Below, piece after piece: positions 44,480 through 55,415 of a stretch of 64,000 nt of DNA. The translations under genes were made by a program, and so were the position numbers. This stretch comes from Zygnema circumcarinatum SAG 698-1b. Taxonomy: Eukaryota > Plantae > Zygnematophyceae. Each line of letters starts with the position of its first letter. Position 1 is the first letter of the stretch. The notes below the pieces were generated by a model. The model did not search any database and was not told where the DNA came from. It saw only the letters and a program-made list of their open reading frames with translations. Where the stretch lies: the NCBI GenBank assembly GCA_037447605.1, contig CM074817.1:2046001-2110000 (forward strand), given 5' to 3'.

Positions 44480-45757
44480 ATGCCGCAGGTACAGCTCGGA
44501 ATGGCGTTTGCTGTTCTGCAATCTATCGCATCATCAGTCAGAATTTCTGGATGTCCAATGTTCTGCAGGAATATAGCAGGCAGAGTAGATGAGCAGTGTT
44601 TGCGTGGGTCCAATGATTGTTCTTCTTGCAAGAGAGTGTTTCCTTCTGTCTGAACTGCTCATTGACTCTGCCATTGAGAACCTGTTGAGTTAAGCATCGT
44701 TTGAAGCGCATCATCTATGGAAAGTGTTTCTTGAATTTCTCCGCTCTTAAATGCGAGCTTTCGTTGTTTTATCGGACTGGTGGAGAAAGCTGATGCTTTG
44801 AAACACTTGCGAGAATTCCGTGATTTTGAGCGTGGTGTTGTGTTGTGGCCGATTATGCTTCGCAGCGTTTAGGAAGTCCCATCAGTTCCTGTCTCTTAGT
44901 GGTCACAGAAATTCTGAAATTCTTGCGCTTTAAAGACAACATGAAACAGCTCAGTTGCTTTTCAAGCACCCTTTTTGCATAATTTCCTGACTGCAATTTT
45001 CACATGTGAATGAATGGGAGTGGTAATACTTTTCTTGCCTTGCTTGTTTATTCTCTATCTGCCATACCTAACTTTTTTGTTTCCCCCCCCACCCCCCATC
45101 TCTGTTTTTGCAGACTGTGACTTTGAAGGTGGCGATGACCTGCAACGGATGCGTTGGGGCAGTAAAGCGCATTCTCGGCAAGATGGAAGGTACGCACATT
45201 TCTGTGCTTTTGCAAGCTGTCTCTGAAAAACTGTAATCTTTTATTCCGATAATGTTATTGGAGACCTAAACGTAGATCTGCCTCTCAAGATTTCGGAGTT
45301 CGGTCGCTTTGACCATGCACCGGTGGCAACTCTTCGTTGATTGTGTTTTGGGATTTTTTCGCAATGTAGTGTGTTTCTTTTTTTCTATCCGGTTGAAAGT
45401 GCGGTTGGTAGAAAGACGTTTATCAGGGTCTTTCTTTTCCATTGAGTATAATTTATTTAAAATTATTTCTTTAATTTCTTATGTCGGAGGAATCATTGGT
45501 GAAGAACCTATAGCTGAAATCATGTGCAGGTTTCAGCCCTGAAATTTCTGTAATGCTCAAACCCACCTTTGTTATCTTTCACTTATGAGTTACTAGACTT
45601 GAACTCCGTATCCTCTGTTGTGAACTTCTCTGCAGGTGTGGAATCATACGATATCAGTTTGGAGGAGAAGAAAGTGACAGTTGTCGGCGATGTAAACCCC
45701 CAAGACGTATTGGAGAAGGTCTCTAAAACTGGAAAGGCCACATCTTTTTGGGAGTAG
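44480..45757 (+). CDS. ATX1: ATX1/CCH-type copper chaperone (HMA domain); exons 44480-44488, 45114-45189, 45636-45757
   Basis: MPQ|[26 protein letters not shown]|[39 protein letters not shown], with the MxCxxC motif. Confidence 0.93.
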
Positions 45758-46525
45758 TAGAGTTATAACTACTATTACTAGTTGGAACTATATGTCTTTA
45801 TGTACAAAGGTTCTCTGTAGATCGCCATGACATGTTCTTTGGTTAGGGTTTATCTGGCTTCCATGGAGATTGAGGGTTCACGTAGTCTCTCAAAAGCCCC
45901 TGGAGGACTGTGCAGTTCTATTAGGACAGACGGAGTTCTCCTCCAACGATTAGGGCGTAGCAATGCGCTGCAGATGAGGCAGAAGGAGACATTTTAAGTC
46001 AAGTCAACTGGTCAGAGTAGCCTGCAGTCATTGGCTCGGCTTTTGGGCAAACTTTTGTAACGACCTTTTCGTTAATACAAGTATTACTTCTATTCTTTAG
46101 CTTTGATCATAGAGATGTAGTAGATGTTATGGGTACTCAAAAAATCCCAACTTCCTCTTATACTCTGAAGCTCTGTGCCTCAGCCTTGCTCTAAAAGTTG
46201 CTCTGCAGATTTATGGCAAATTGTGGAGGGCCTGCACTCAAAAGGGACAGCCAAAGGCAGAGCTAGTTCGACTCTGTGTAACGTCTCTGATTGTTGCCAG
46301 AAATGACCTTCAACTGTTTCACAAATCTCGCCATTTTTTATCTGATTGTGTCTGAAAGAAACATGCCAGAAAGGGAGTTGAAGGCGGGGAAAGGTTTTCT
46401 GGAAAGGTTCAATTCTATTCTGTAATTTCCCTGAAGGAGGATTTCTGACTTAGAAAAGCTCCACACTCGGAAGTTAAAATCAGTACACGCCTTCTCACGA
46501 AATAAGAAAAGATGTGGTGGCATTA

Positions 46526-46682
46526 GGGGGTGTCAGACTTAACAAAATCTTACGAAAAGCGTTACGAAAAAAAAGGTTACGAAAGTACTCCGCCGCAGGA
46601 GGATCGCGATAATACTGGAGTACTCGTTCTGATGTCAAACTTACGAACACGCGTACTGAAATTTTTTAAGTCTGACACCCCC
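46526..46682. mobile_element. MITE (Tc1/mariner-Stowaway-like), copy 1
   Basis: Perfect 17-bp TIR GGGGGTGTCAGACTTAA...TTAAGTCTGACACCCCC flanked by TA on both sides; 157 bp, no ORF. Confidence 0.75.
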
Positions 46683-47324
46683 TATTGATAACGAAACGAA
46701 ATCGAAATTTAATTTCGTTATTTGATAACGAATCAAGTAGAAAGACCGAAGTCTTACGTACTGTATTCCCTCCAAAACCGATTCTATACCGACTTTTCTA
46801 AGTCTGAAACCGCATGGCAACCTTTCATATTTCACAAGGTAATAGAATGAAATCAAAAAACAGTCCATGCGTTCTTGCGAAGTAAATTGAAGAATGCAAA
46901 CTGCGAAAGAGCTGTTCAAGTACTTCCCGAGGGACAATGTCAGAGGTTGGACACGCCCTACTAATAAAAAAATTCTCTAAGAGGAGAACCTCTGCTGTAG
47001 CTTATCAGTTTCCTATATCTTCTGTAGCCGCTTACAGCACCTATTACATAAAGCCCACCACAAGCCGTCACATACATTGTGAAAGGCTGCGAGTGGTCCT
47101 ATTGCCCTACACGCACATCTCTACGCGTTCTAATGCCGCAGCGAGGTGCTCGTAACGTCTATTTTCATGGTACACGCACACACCATCGTGTACTGACCGC
47201 AGTACAGTAATTCGTACTTCAAATCAAATCGGTACGGTACGGTTCTCCATGTGCCGAATCTCGTATTCCGTACTCAAATTCCGTATTTCGTATCCGTACC
47301 GTAGTCGAATTCCGTATTTCGTAC

Positions 47325-49263
47325 TCAGCTGCTGAAGCTCTCCACGGTGAAGGTGGCGGCGCCGTCCAAGTTCTGATAGCCGAACTGGCTGTAGCTCGAG
47401 CCGCTCGGCAGGGGGAGGGCCCACGAGGGCAGCGTGTAGAGGTCGCCTCCCAGAGGCTGCAGGTTGTAGTACAAGACGGGGCGGAAATTCTGCACGCGAA
47501 TTGTGAGGGCTCTGAGGGTGGCGGAGCCGCTGTTGAGCATCGTCACTTTGTAGGAGAACACTTGGCCGGCAGAGGTGGACCAGCTGCCCTCCAGGGCCTG
47601 CGTGATCACTATAGGGGAGGAGGCTGCAAGGAGAATGTGGGGGTGGGGGGGGGGTAAGGTGGGGGGTGATGAGTTGGGTGGTGGGGCAAGAAGATGGGGA
47701 GGGAGAGAGAGTGTGTCTGCGTTGTGGTGGGGCAGGGGGGGAGATAAAGTGGAGATGAGGAGAGAGGAAGAAGCAGGATAGAGGGAGACAGAGAAAAGGG
47801 GAGGTGGAAATGGTAGATGTGTGGGCGCGGAAGGGGAGGGTCAAGGGAGGATGGGAGGAGGAGAGGATGACAGGAAGATGGCAGACGATCGACCTTAGCC
47901 CTTACATCTAGTACGGTGAGGAAAGTGCATGACTTACAAGTTAGAGAGTTCAAAAAAACTATATCACAGGCAAATGCAAAGTGCGAGTAATCATCAATGC
48001 GTCGAATGTCAACAGAAAGGCAGACCGGATTACAAATACTCACTTGTCACGGGAGGAGGAGGACGAGAAGTAATAGGAGGCGGCTTTGCTGATGTGGGTG
48101 GGGGGCGGCGGGAGATAAACGGAGGAGGTGGCGAAGCGTATTTTGGGGAGGGGGGAGGTGGCCCTCTCATAGTGAGCTTGGGAGGAGGAGGAGAGGGTGG
48201 AGGCGAGGACACGGAGACCCTCGGGGCGGGGGGGGAGGGGGAGGGAGGGGGAGGGAGAGGGGGAGAGTTAAGGCGAGGGGAAGGCGGCAGAGGAGGGGGG
48301 GGAGAGGAAGAAGTGAAAGTGGGAGAGGGAGACGGAGGCGAACGGGGAGGGGAGGATGGAGAGGAAGTGAAAGTGGGAGAGGGAGACGGAGGCGAACGGG
48401 GAGGGGAGGATGGAGAGGAAGTGAAAGTGGGAGCGGGAGGCGAAGGGAAAGCTGGAGGGGGACCGGTTGAGGGAGGGGGAGGGGGAAGGGGAGGCGGAGA
48501 AGGGCGGAGGGGAGGTGGCGACTGTCTGGGAGGGGGAGGAGAAGGGGGAGGGGGGTAAGCTGGAGGAGTAGATACTGCGAGAGGGGGAGGTGGGCTTTCA
48601 TTTCCGGACGAAAACTGTGCTCCGCAGTTAAAGGTCGTTCCTGCATTGCTCGGCTGTATCAAGTTCGGGCATGTGATTACTTCTCCTGAAAAATGGGCTC
48701 CACAACAGAGAAAATTGCACATTAAAATTAGCTTCTGCATTTGGACTATTGATGCAAAGTAACAACCATATTCACACTACTCATGTCTATAATCCAAAAA
48801 TGCTTTGAATGTGTACCCAACCTTCCTACCCTTTTGTATTCTTTCATCACCTTTTTTGAGTTCTTCGCCTTTCAAAAGTAATTTGCTGACATGGACGACA
48901 AGTGTAGAGAAGCTCACCTGTGGCGTCAGATTTAAGGCGGAGGGTGAAAGGGAAGGTCAGCCCAGAGCCGGATTCTATTACGAAAGCTCCCCCCCAATCC
49001 CTCCTAAAGGGCAAAAATATATTTGAATTTCCCTGTTCGCCAGCCAACACAGAAAGTACAAGGTTTTCTATGTCACGTAACATCTTTGTACCATTCATTT
49101 TAAGAGACAAAGTTTGCAGGAAGAGAGAGGGTTATGGCAAAGAGAGGGAAGAGAGGGAAGTGAGGAAGGGGGGCGGAGTAGGGAAATAGATCAAGTGAAG
49201 AGTGGAGGACAGCAGGGTGAGACACAGGGAGAAAGTGAGATGACGTGAGGGGAGGGAGCGAGT

Positions 49264-49294
<31 letters not shown>

Positions 49295-50591
49295 GTGGGT
49301 GGGGAGAGGGCGCGAGAGAGACACACCTGCTTGAGAGAGACTTCGCTAATAGCACCGGGGCCGTTACCTCCTCCGGGAATCACAGAATACCACCATGGGC
49401 TTGAGCCGGGCCGGATCTTCACAAAAATTGAGGGGTCGAAACTGCAGGGCCACCTGAGAAAGAAGAGAGGAGAAAACAGTACATTTTAGAACCACATTAC
49501 GTCCGTGTTCTCCTTATCGTCCCTTTCTTTCTCGACTTTTAACTCGACCCAAATCTTCCCTCTTTTCCAACACTTTCCCCACTTCCCCCGGTCGCCTACC
49601 CTGCTGCTGGTTTGTCAACCCTCGTCCCTCTCCCTAGTTCCCGTTACCTCCAAACCTTCCCTTGACCCCCTTACCTCCCTCCTCCTCTCTTTCACTTCCC
49701 CCTTTTCGATTTTTTTAATCTACCCCTCTGCCTTCGTCCCTCCCATTACCTACCACCTCCACCTCCTCTCTGCTCCTCTCCCTCCTCCCCACCCTCCCAC
49801 TGCTCCCTCCCACCCCGCCCTCTCCCTTCACTCCCTCCCTCCCACCCTCCTCTCCCTCCCCGCCCTCTCCCTCTCTTCTCCCTCCCCCCCCCCTCGTCCC
49901 CGCGCGCACCGCTCATAGAGGATGTCGAGGACGCCCACTTTCCGGCGCAGGTCGTCCTCGCGGCCGGGCAGGGCGAGCGCGCCGAACGCGGCGCCGCTGA
50001 GGTCGAAGTGCGTCCTCCCGCCGCCGCACATGTCCCCGCCCGGACACTCGTCCGTTATGGGCACCACCAGCGTGCGGTTCGCGCACAGCGCCTGGTTCAC
50101 GCACCGAATCTGCACACCACACATGCGCCCTCGTTCAGAACGAAAGAACCACGTGTGCGCCCACCCACCCTGTAGCAGCCCCTCCCCTGTGCGCCCACCC
50201 ACCCTGTAGCANNNNNNNNNNGACGACAAGTGTAGAGAAGCTCACCTGTGGCGTCAGATTTAAGGCGGAGGGTGAAAGGGAAGGTCAGCCCAGAGCCGGA
50301 TTCTATTACGAAAGCTCCCCCCCAATCCCTCCTAAAGGGCAAAAATATATTTGAATTTCCCTGTTCGCCAGCCAACACAGAAAGTACAAGGTTTTCTATG
50401 TCACGTAACATCTTTGTACCATTCATTTTAAGAGACAAAGTTTGCAGGAAGAGAGAGGGTTATGGCAAAGAGAGGGAAGAGAGGGAAGTGAGGAAGGGGG
50501 GCGGAGTAGGGAAATAGATCAAGTGAAGAGTGGAGGACAGCAGGGTGAGACACAGGGAGAAAGTGAGATGACGTGAGGGGAGGGAGCGAGT

Positions 50592-50622
<31 letters not shown>

Positions 50623-52012
50623 GTGGGTGGGGAGAGGGCGCGAGAGAGACACACCTGCTTGAGAGAGACTTCGCTAATAGCACCGGGGCCGTTACCTCCT
50701 CCGGGAATCACAGAATACCACCATGGGCTTGAGCCGGGCCGGATCTTCACAAAAATTGAGGGGTCGAAACTGCAGGGCCACCTGAGAAAGAAGAGAGGAG
50801 AAAACAGTACATTTTAGAACCACATTACGTCCGTGTTCTCCTTATCGTCCCTTTCTTTCTCGACTTTTAACTCGACCCAAATCTTCCCTCTTTTCCAACA
50901 CTTTCCCCACTTCCCCCGGTCGCCTACCCTGCTGCTGGTTTGTCAACCCTCGTCCCTCTCCCTAGTTCCCGTTACCTCCAAACCTTCCCTTGACCCCCTT
51001 ACCTCCCTCCTCCTCTCTTTCACTTCCCCCTTTTCGATTTTTTTAATCTACCCCTCTGCCTTCGTCCCTCCCATTACCTACCACCTCCACCTCCTCTCTG
51101 CTCCTCTCCCTCCTCCCCACCCTCCCACTGCTCCCTCCCACCCCGCCCTCTCCCTTCACTCCCTCCCTCCCACCCTCCTCTCCCTCCCCGCCCTCTCCCT
51201 CTCTTCTCCCTCCCCCCCCCCTCGTCCCCGCGCGCACCGCTCATAGAGGATGTCGAGGACGCCCACTTTCCGGCGCAGGTCGTCCTCGCGGCCGGGCAGG
51301 GCGAGCGCGCCGAACGCGGCGCCGCTGAGGTCGAAGTGCGTCCTCCCGCCGCCGCACATGTCCCCGCCCGGACACTCGTCCGTTATGGGCACCACCAGCG
51401 TGCGGTTCGCGCACAGCGCCTGGTTCACGCACCGAATCTGCACACCACACATGCGCCCTCGTTCAGAACGAAAGAACCACGTGTGCGCCCACCCACCCTG
51501 TAGCAGCCCCTCCCCTGTGCGCCCACCCACCCTGTAGCANNNNNNNNNNTCCCCTGTGCGCCCACCCACCCTGTAGCAGCCCCCCCCCTGTGCGCCCACC
51601 CACCCTATAGCAGCCCCTCCCCTGTGCGCCCACCCACCCTGTAGCACGCCCCGCAGCCCGCCCCCGCGCGGTACAGCGGCGCGCTGCCCGCCGCGACGAG
51701 CTTTCCGTACGGCGTCTGCTCCAGCGCGCCGAACCCGCACGCGCCGCCTGCGCCCCCGCCCGCTCGCCCTCTCTCTCTCTGTCAGACGCGGCTCCCCTCC
51801 CATTCCCATTGTTTCCCTTTGCGGGGCAGAGCATGGCGGGGCCATGGCGGGGCGGGGCGGAGCTCACCGTCGGTGCCGGGCCCGTTGTCGTCGCCGTACC
51901 ACGTGGCCTTGGCCGCGCCCTGCAGCCCCCCGTACTCCGCCCGCCCGCCGCCAACCGCCGCCGCCATGAGCCAGAGCGCGACCACCGCCGCCCTCGTCAT
52001 CGCCATCGCCAT
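47325..52012 (-). CDS. Expansin A: signal peptide + beta-expansin-like domains 1 and 2 + Ser/Pro-rich stalk + CBM49-like module; exons 52012-51868, 51747-51638, 51437-51238, 50781-50655 (duplicate copies of these last two at 50109-49910 and 49453-49327), 49032-48918, 48685-48044, 47627-47325
   Basis: [53 protein letters not shown], SPn repeats, ITQALEGSW...YKVTMLNSG...YTLPSW. Confidence 0.85.
48894..51539. repeat. 1328-bp-period direct duplication (48894-50211 = 50222-51539), each copy followed by 10 N
   Basis: All ORFs in the track recur with an offset of 1328; both copies end at the same base before an N gap. Confidence 0.9.
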
Positions 52013-53257
52013 GGACCGCCTGCGCCGCCTCTTCTCCCTCCCTCTCCCTCCCTCTCCCTCCCTCTCCCTCTCTCTCGCCCTCTCCCGCCTCCTCTCCCTC
52101 CCCCTCCCTTTATCCCCCTCCCTCCCTTCTTCCTCTCTCTCCCCGCCGAGCGCGAGGCGGCCGCCGGCGGCTGAAGGCGGACGGCCGCTCGGAGCCGAAA
52201 TCGGCCGCCGGCCGCCGCTTTGTGCCGAGATTGTCACGTGGCGCCTTCCCATTGGCGCAGAGCAGTCCGGAACCCCACGTGGCGAGTCGTCAATAACTTT
52301 CCGGCAGACCGTACGGACTGTCAACGTGGTGCCGTAAAAAGGTTTCAGTGAGGGTCCGCAAACAGACAAAAATGCGACCTCGTATAATGTCGCATTGAAT
52401 TGTCATGTACGAACATGACAGACTGACGGATTCACGACCTGTTGTTCTACAAAGGGATCTGTACGGTCGGATTGAAGTTGAATTATGCTGACCTTGTCGT
52501 TTAGCATCCCGACATCCTTGCCGGATCGTCATACAGTACGTACAGTTTCCGTGGTGCGTCTAGTGACTCGGACGGACACATGTCTAATGTTGCCCAATGG
52601 TCGTGTCCACAGATGCCCAAGAAGTTTTGAAAGGCTTCATGGAACAACAAACAACAACAACGACAACAACAACAACATTGTTTGCAAGGCCAGGGTTGCG
52701 TGAGGGACAACCGCGAGCGCACCTCTCTTTGGAAGTAGACATGAAGTGGAATAGGGCCCTCTTGGGCACAATATTAAAAATTGTCGTTGTTCGGTTTTAG
52801 GGTTTTCATGGTTCCAACTCATCCAAGAAGCCAGTGATTGCAAAGGTAAAGCACCATTTCTCTTCTCGCTTGCATTGAAATGTTTCGAATATAACAAGAT
52901 GTTTGCATGATGCAAACAAATGTACAGAGAGGGCCTACGAACTCAGACATACGTATTAAATACAATATTCACAACCTTCTACAGGACAATGGAAGGACCT
53001 GAGCTCCGTCCTAACAAGTACCCACCACTACAGTCTATGACCTCGCCCCACATTGAAGGCACAACAAGTGCGCAGGCGATGTCTCTACAATTACATGCAC
53101 AAGCACAAGTGCTGCCCCACTTGCATGCGCTTGTCGAAGGGCCCTCTCCGTGACAATGTCGAGTATTTAACCTTTTCAAACTCAACACAGAGCCCGCCCC
53201 ATCCTCCTGCACATGCCATCATGTGCTAGAGGATGGGCCTCTCTTCCAGGACCTCCC

Positions 53258-55363
53258 TCATGCATAGCTTTCCACGGTGAATGTGGCCATTCCTCCCAAG
53301 TTCTGATACCCGAACGAGGTGTAGCTTGCCCCGCTTTCAAGTGGGAAGGCCCACGAAGGCAGAGTGTAGCGGTCGTTCCCAAGCGCCTCGAGATTGTAGT
53401 AGAAGAGGGGGTGGAAGCCCTGTGCGCGAATTTTGAGAGCCGTGAGAGAGGTGCCGCCGCTGTTGAGAATGGTTACCTTGTAGGCGTACACGGTGCCGCC
53501 GGAACCGGGCCAGCTGGACTCCAGGGCCTGGGTGATGACGGCAGGGGAGGCTGCAAAGGGAAGGGGGGGGAGGGGGGGAGTAAGGTGTGGTGGGTTTAGG
53601 GGAGCGACGAGGCGGTGGAGGGGAATGTGCGAAGGAACCGAAGGAGGAGGAGAAGAGGAAGGGGGAGGGGAATGGAAAGGGAGGAGAGAGAGTGAGAGGG
53701 TGAGAGGGTACGAGCGAGGGAGCGAAAGGGGAGGTGAGGTGGAGGGGAGTGCGAGCAGAGAGGAAGAAGGAGAGGGGGGCGAAGTGGGAGCCGAGAGAGA
53801 GAAGAAGAGAACTTTCAAAGAAGAAGGAGAAGGGTTGGGAGGAACGGGAGGAGTGGAAGAAGACAATGGACCAAAAGAATTTCACTTGAGCATGAGAGTA
53901 GAAGCTTTACATTCACAATTGGCATATTCACCAGAGCAAAATTGAAACTGCACACCGCAACGATGAAAAGGCCCAACAACCGTAGGAGAAGGGGAGGAGA
54001 GGGATGAAGGGGCTCACTCTTTAGGGGTTGAGGGGGAGGTGAAGGAGCCTTCGGAGGAGGTGCCTTTGCCTTTGGTGGTGGTTTTCGAGGGGCCGTTGAA
54101 GGGGGCGGTTTCTTAGAGGTTGGAGGTGGCTTATAGGCTGTGCCCTTAGAAGGCGGTGGAGGCTTCAAAATTTTTGAAGTTGAAGGTTTTGTCGGTTTGG
54201 GAGGAGGAGGTTTTGTGGTTTTGGGTTTTGGAGGTGTTCGCGGAGTTGGTTTGGGAGCGGACGGAGGTTTTGGTTTGTTTTTTGGAGGTGGTGGTCGTTT
54301 ATGTTGAGTAGATGGGGAAGGCGGGGGAGGAGGACGACGAGGAGGAGGAGGAGAAGGACGAGGACGAGGAGGAGGAGAACGACGAGGACCAGGAGGAGGA
54401 GAAGGACGAGGACGAGGAGGAGGAGAAGGAGGAGGACGAGGAGGAGGAGGAGAAGGACGAGGACGAGGAGGAGGAGAACGACGAGGACCAGGAGGAGGAG
54501 AAGGACGAGGACGAGGAGGAGGAGAAGGAGGAGGACGAGGAGGAGGAGGAGAAGGACGAGGACTAGGAGGAGGAGAAGGAGGAGGACGAGGAGGAGGAGA
54601 AGGACGACGACGAGGAGGAGAAGGAGGAGGACGAGGTCGAGGGGGGGGAGGAGGAGGCGTTTGAGGTTTTATGGGGGGCTTTGAATGTACGGTTACATCG
54701 GATTTTCCGGGAGGAGGAGGAGCCCTTGGAGGAGGGCTTTTGTTTCCAGACGAGAATTGGGCTCCACATTGAAAGGTCTTCCCACCATCATCTTCTCCTA
54801 CCCTTTTTGGGCACGTAATCACCTCACCTGAGGGCGAACAAACATGCATATATGTGGGGTTTGATGGAGTCCGAGTCCGATTATTGGTGAAAAAGGGATT
54901 AACAAGTTGACTCTAAGTTTCTTTCAAGATAACAGGCCACACAGAGACTAGAATTTTCTACCCTTTTTTGAATGAAACCTCATACATCCTGTCGGCTCGT
55001 CTTACAGAGTCAGTTTCCTAATCCGTGCTATACATGAGTATTGTTGGATAGTATTCCAACTCCATTTTAGAATGAGCCTTTTCAAAGGGAGAGTTGACAG
55101 CCTCAGCCGGGAGAGAAGCGCACCTGTGGCGTCCGCTGTGAGCTGCAGAGTGAACGGAAACTTGAGCTCCCTCCCGGAGTTTATAACAAAAGCGCCTCCC
55201 CAGTCCCTTCTTAGAGGAATAAAGCTCGTGGAGTCATCCTGAAAGCACGAATCGCAAACGAATATGATATTTGGTTTGATGCAATGAAATTGACATTCGA
55301 AGAACTCAAATCGTGTAATGGTCCAAGTTGATGGATGGAAAGGGAGACGCGTGAGAGGGAGTT

Positions 55364-55415
<52 letters not shown>

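Noticed and set aside
54301-54684. + strand poly-Glu/Asp and poly-Arg ORFs
   Set aside because: They are antisense shadows of the Pro-rich expansin B stalk (CCT codons).
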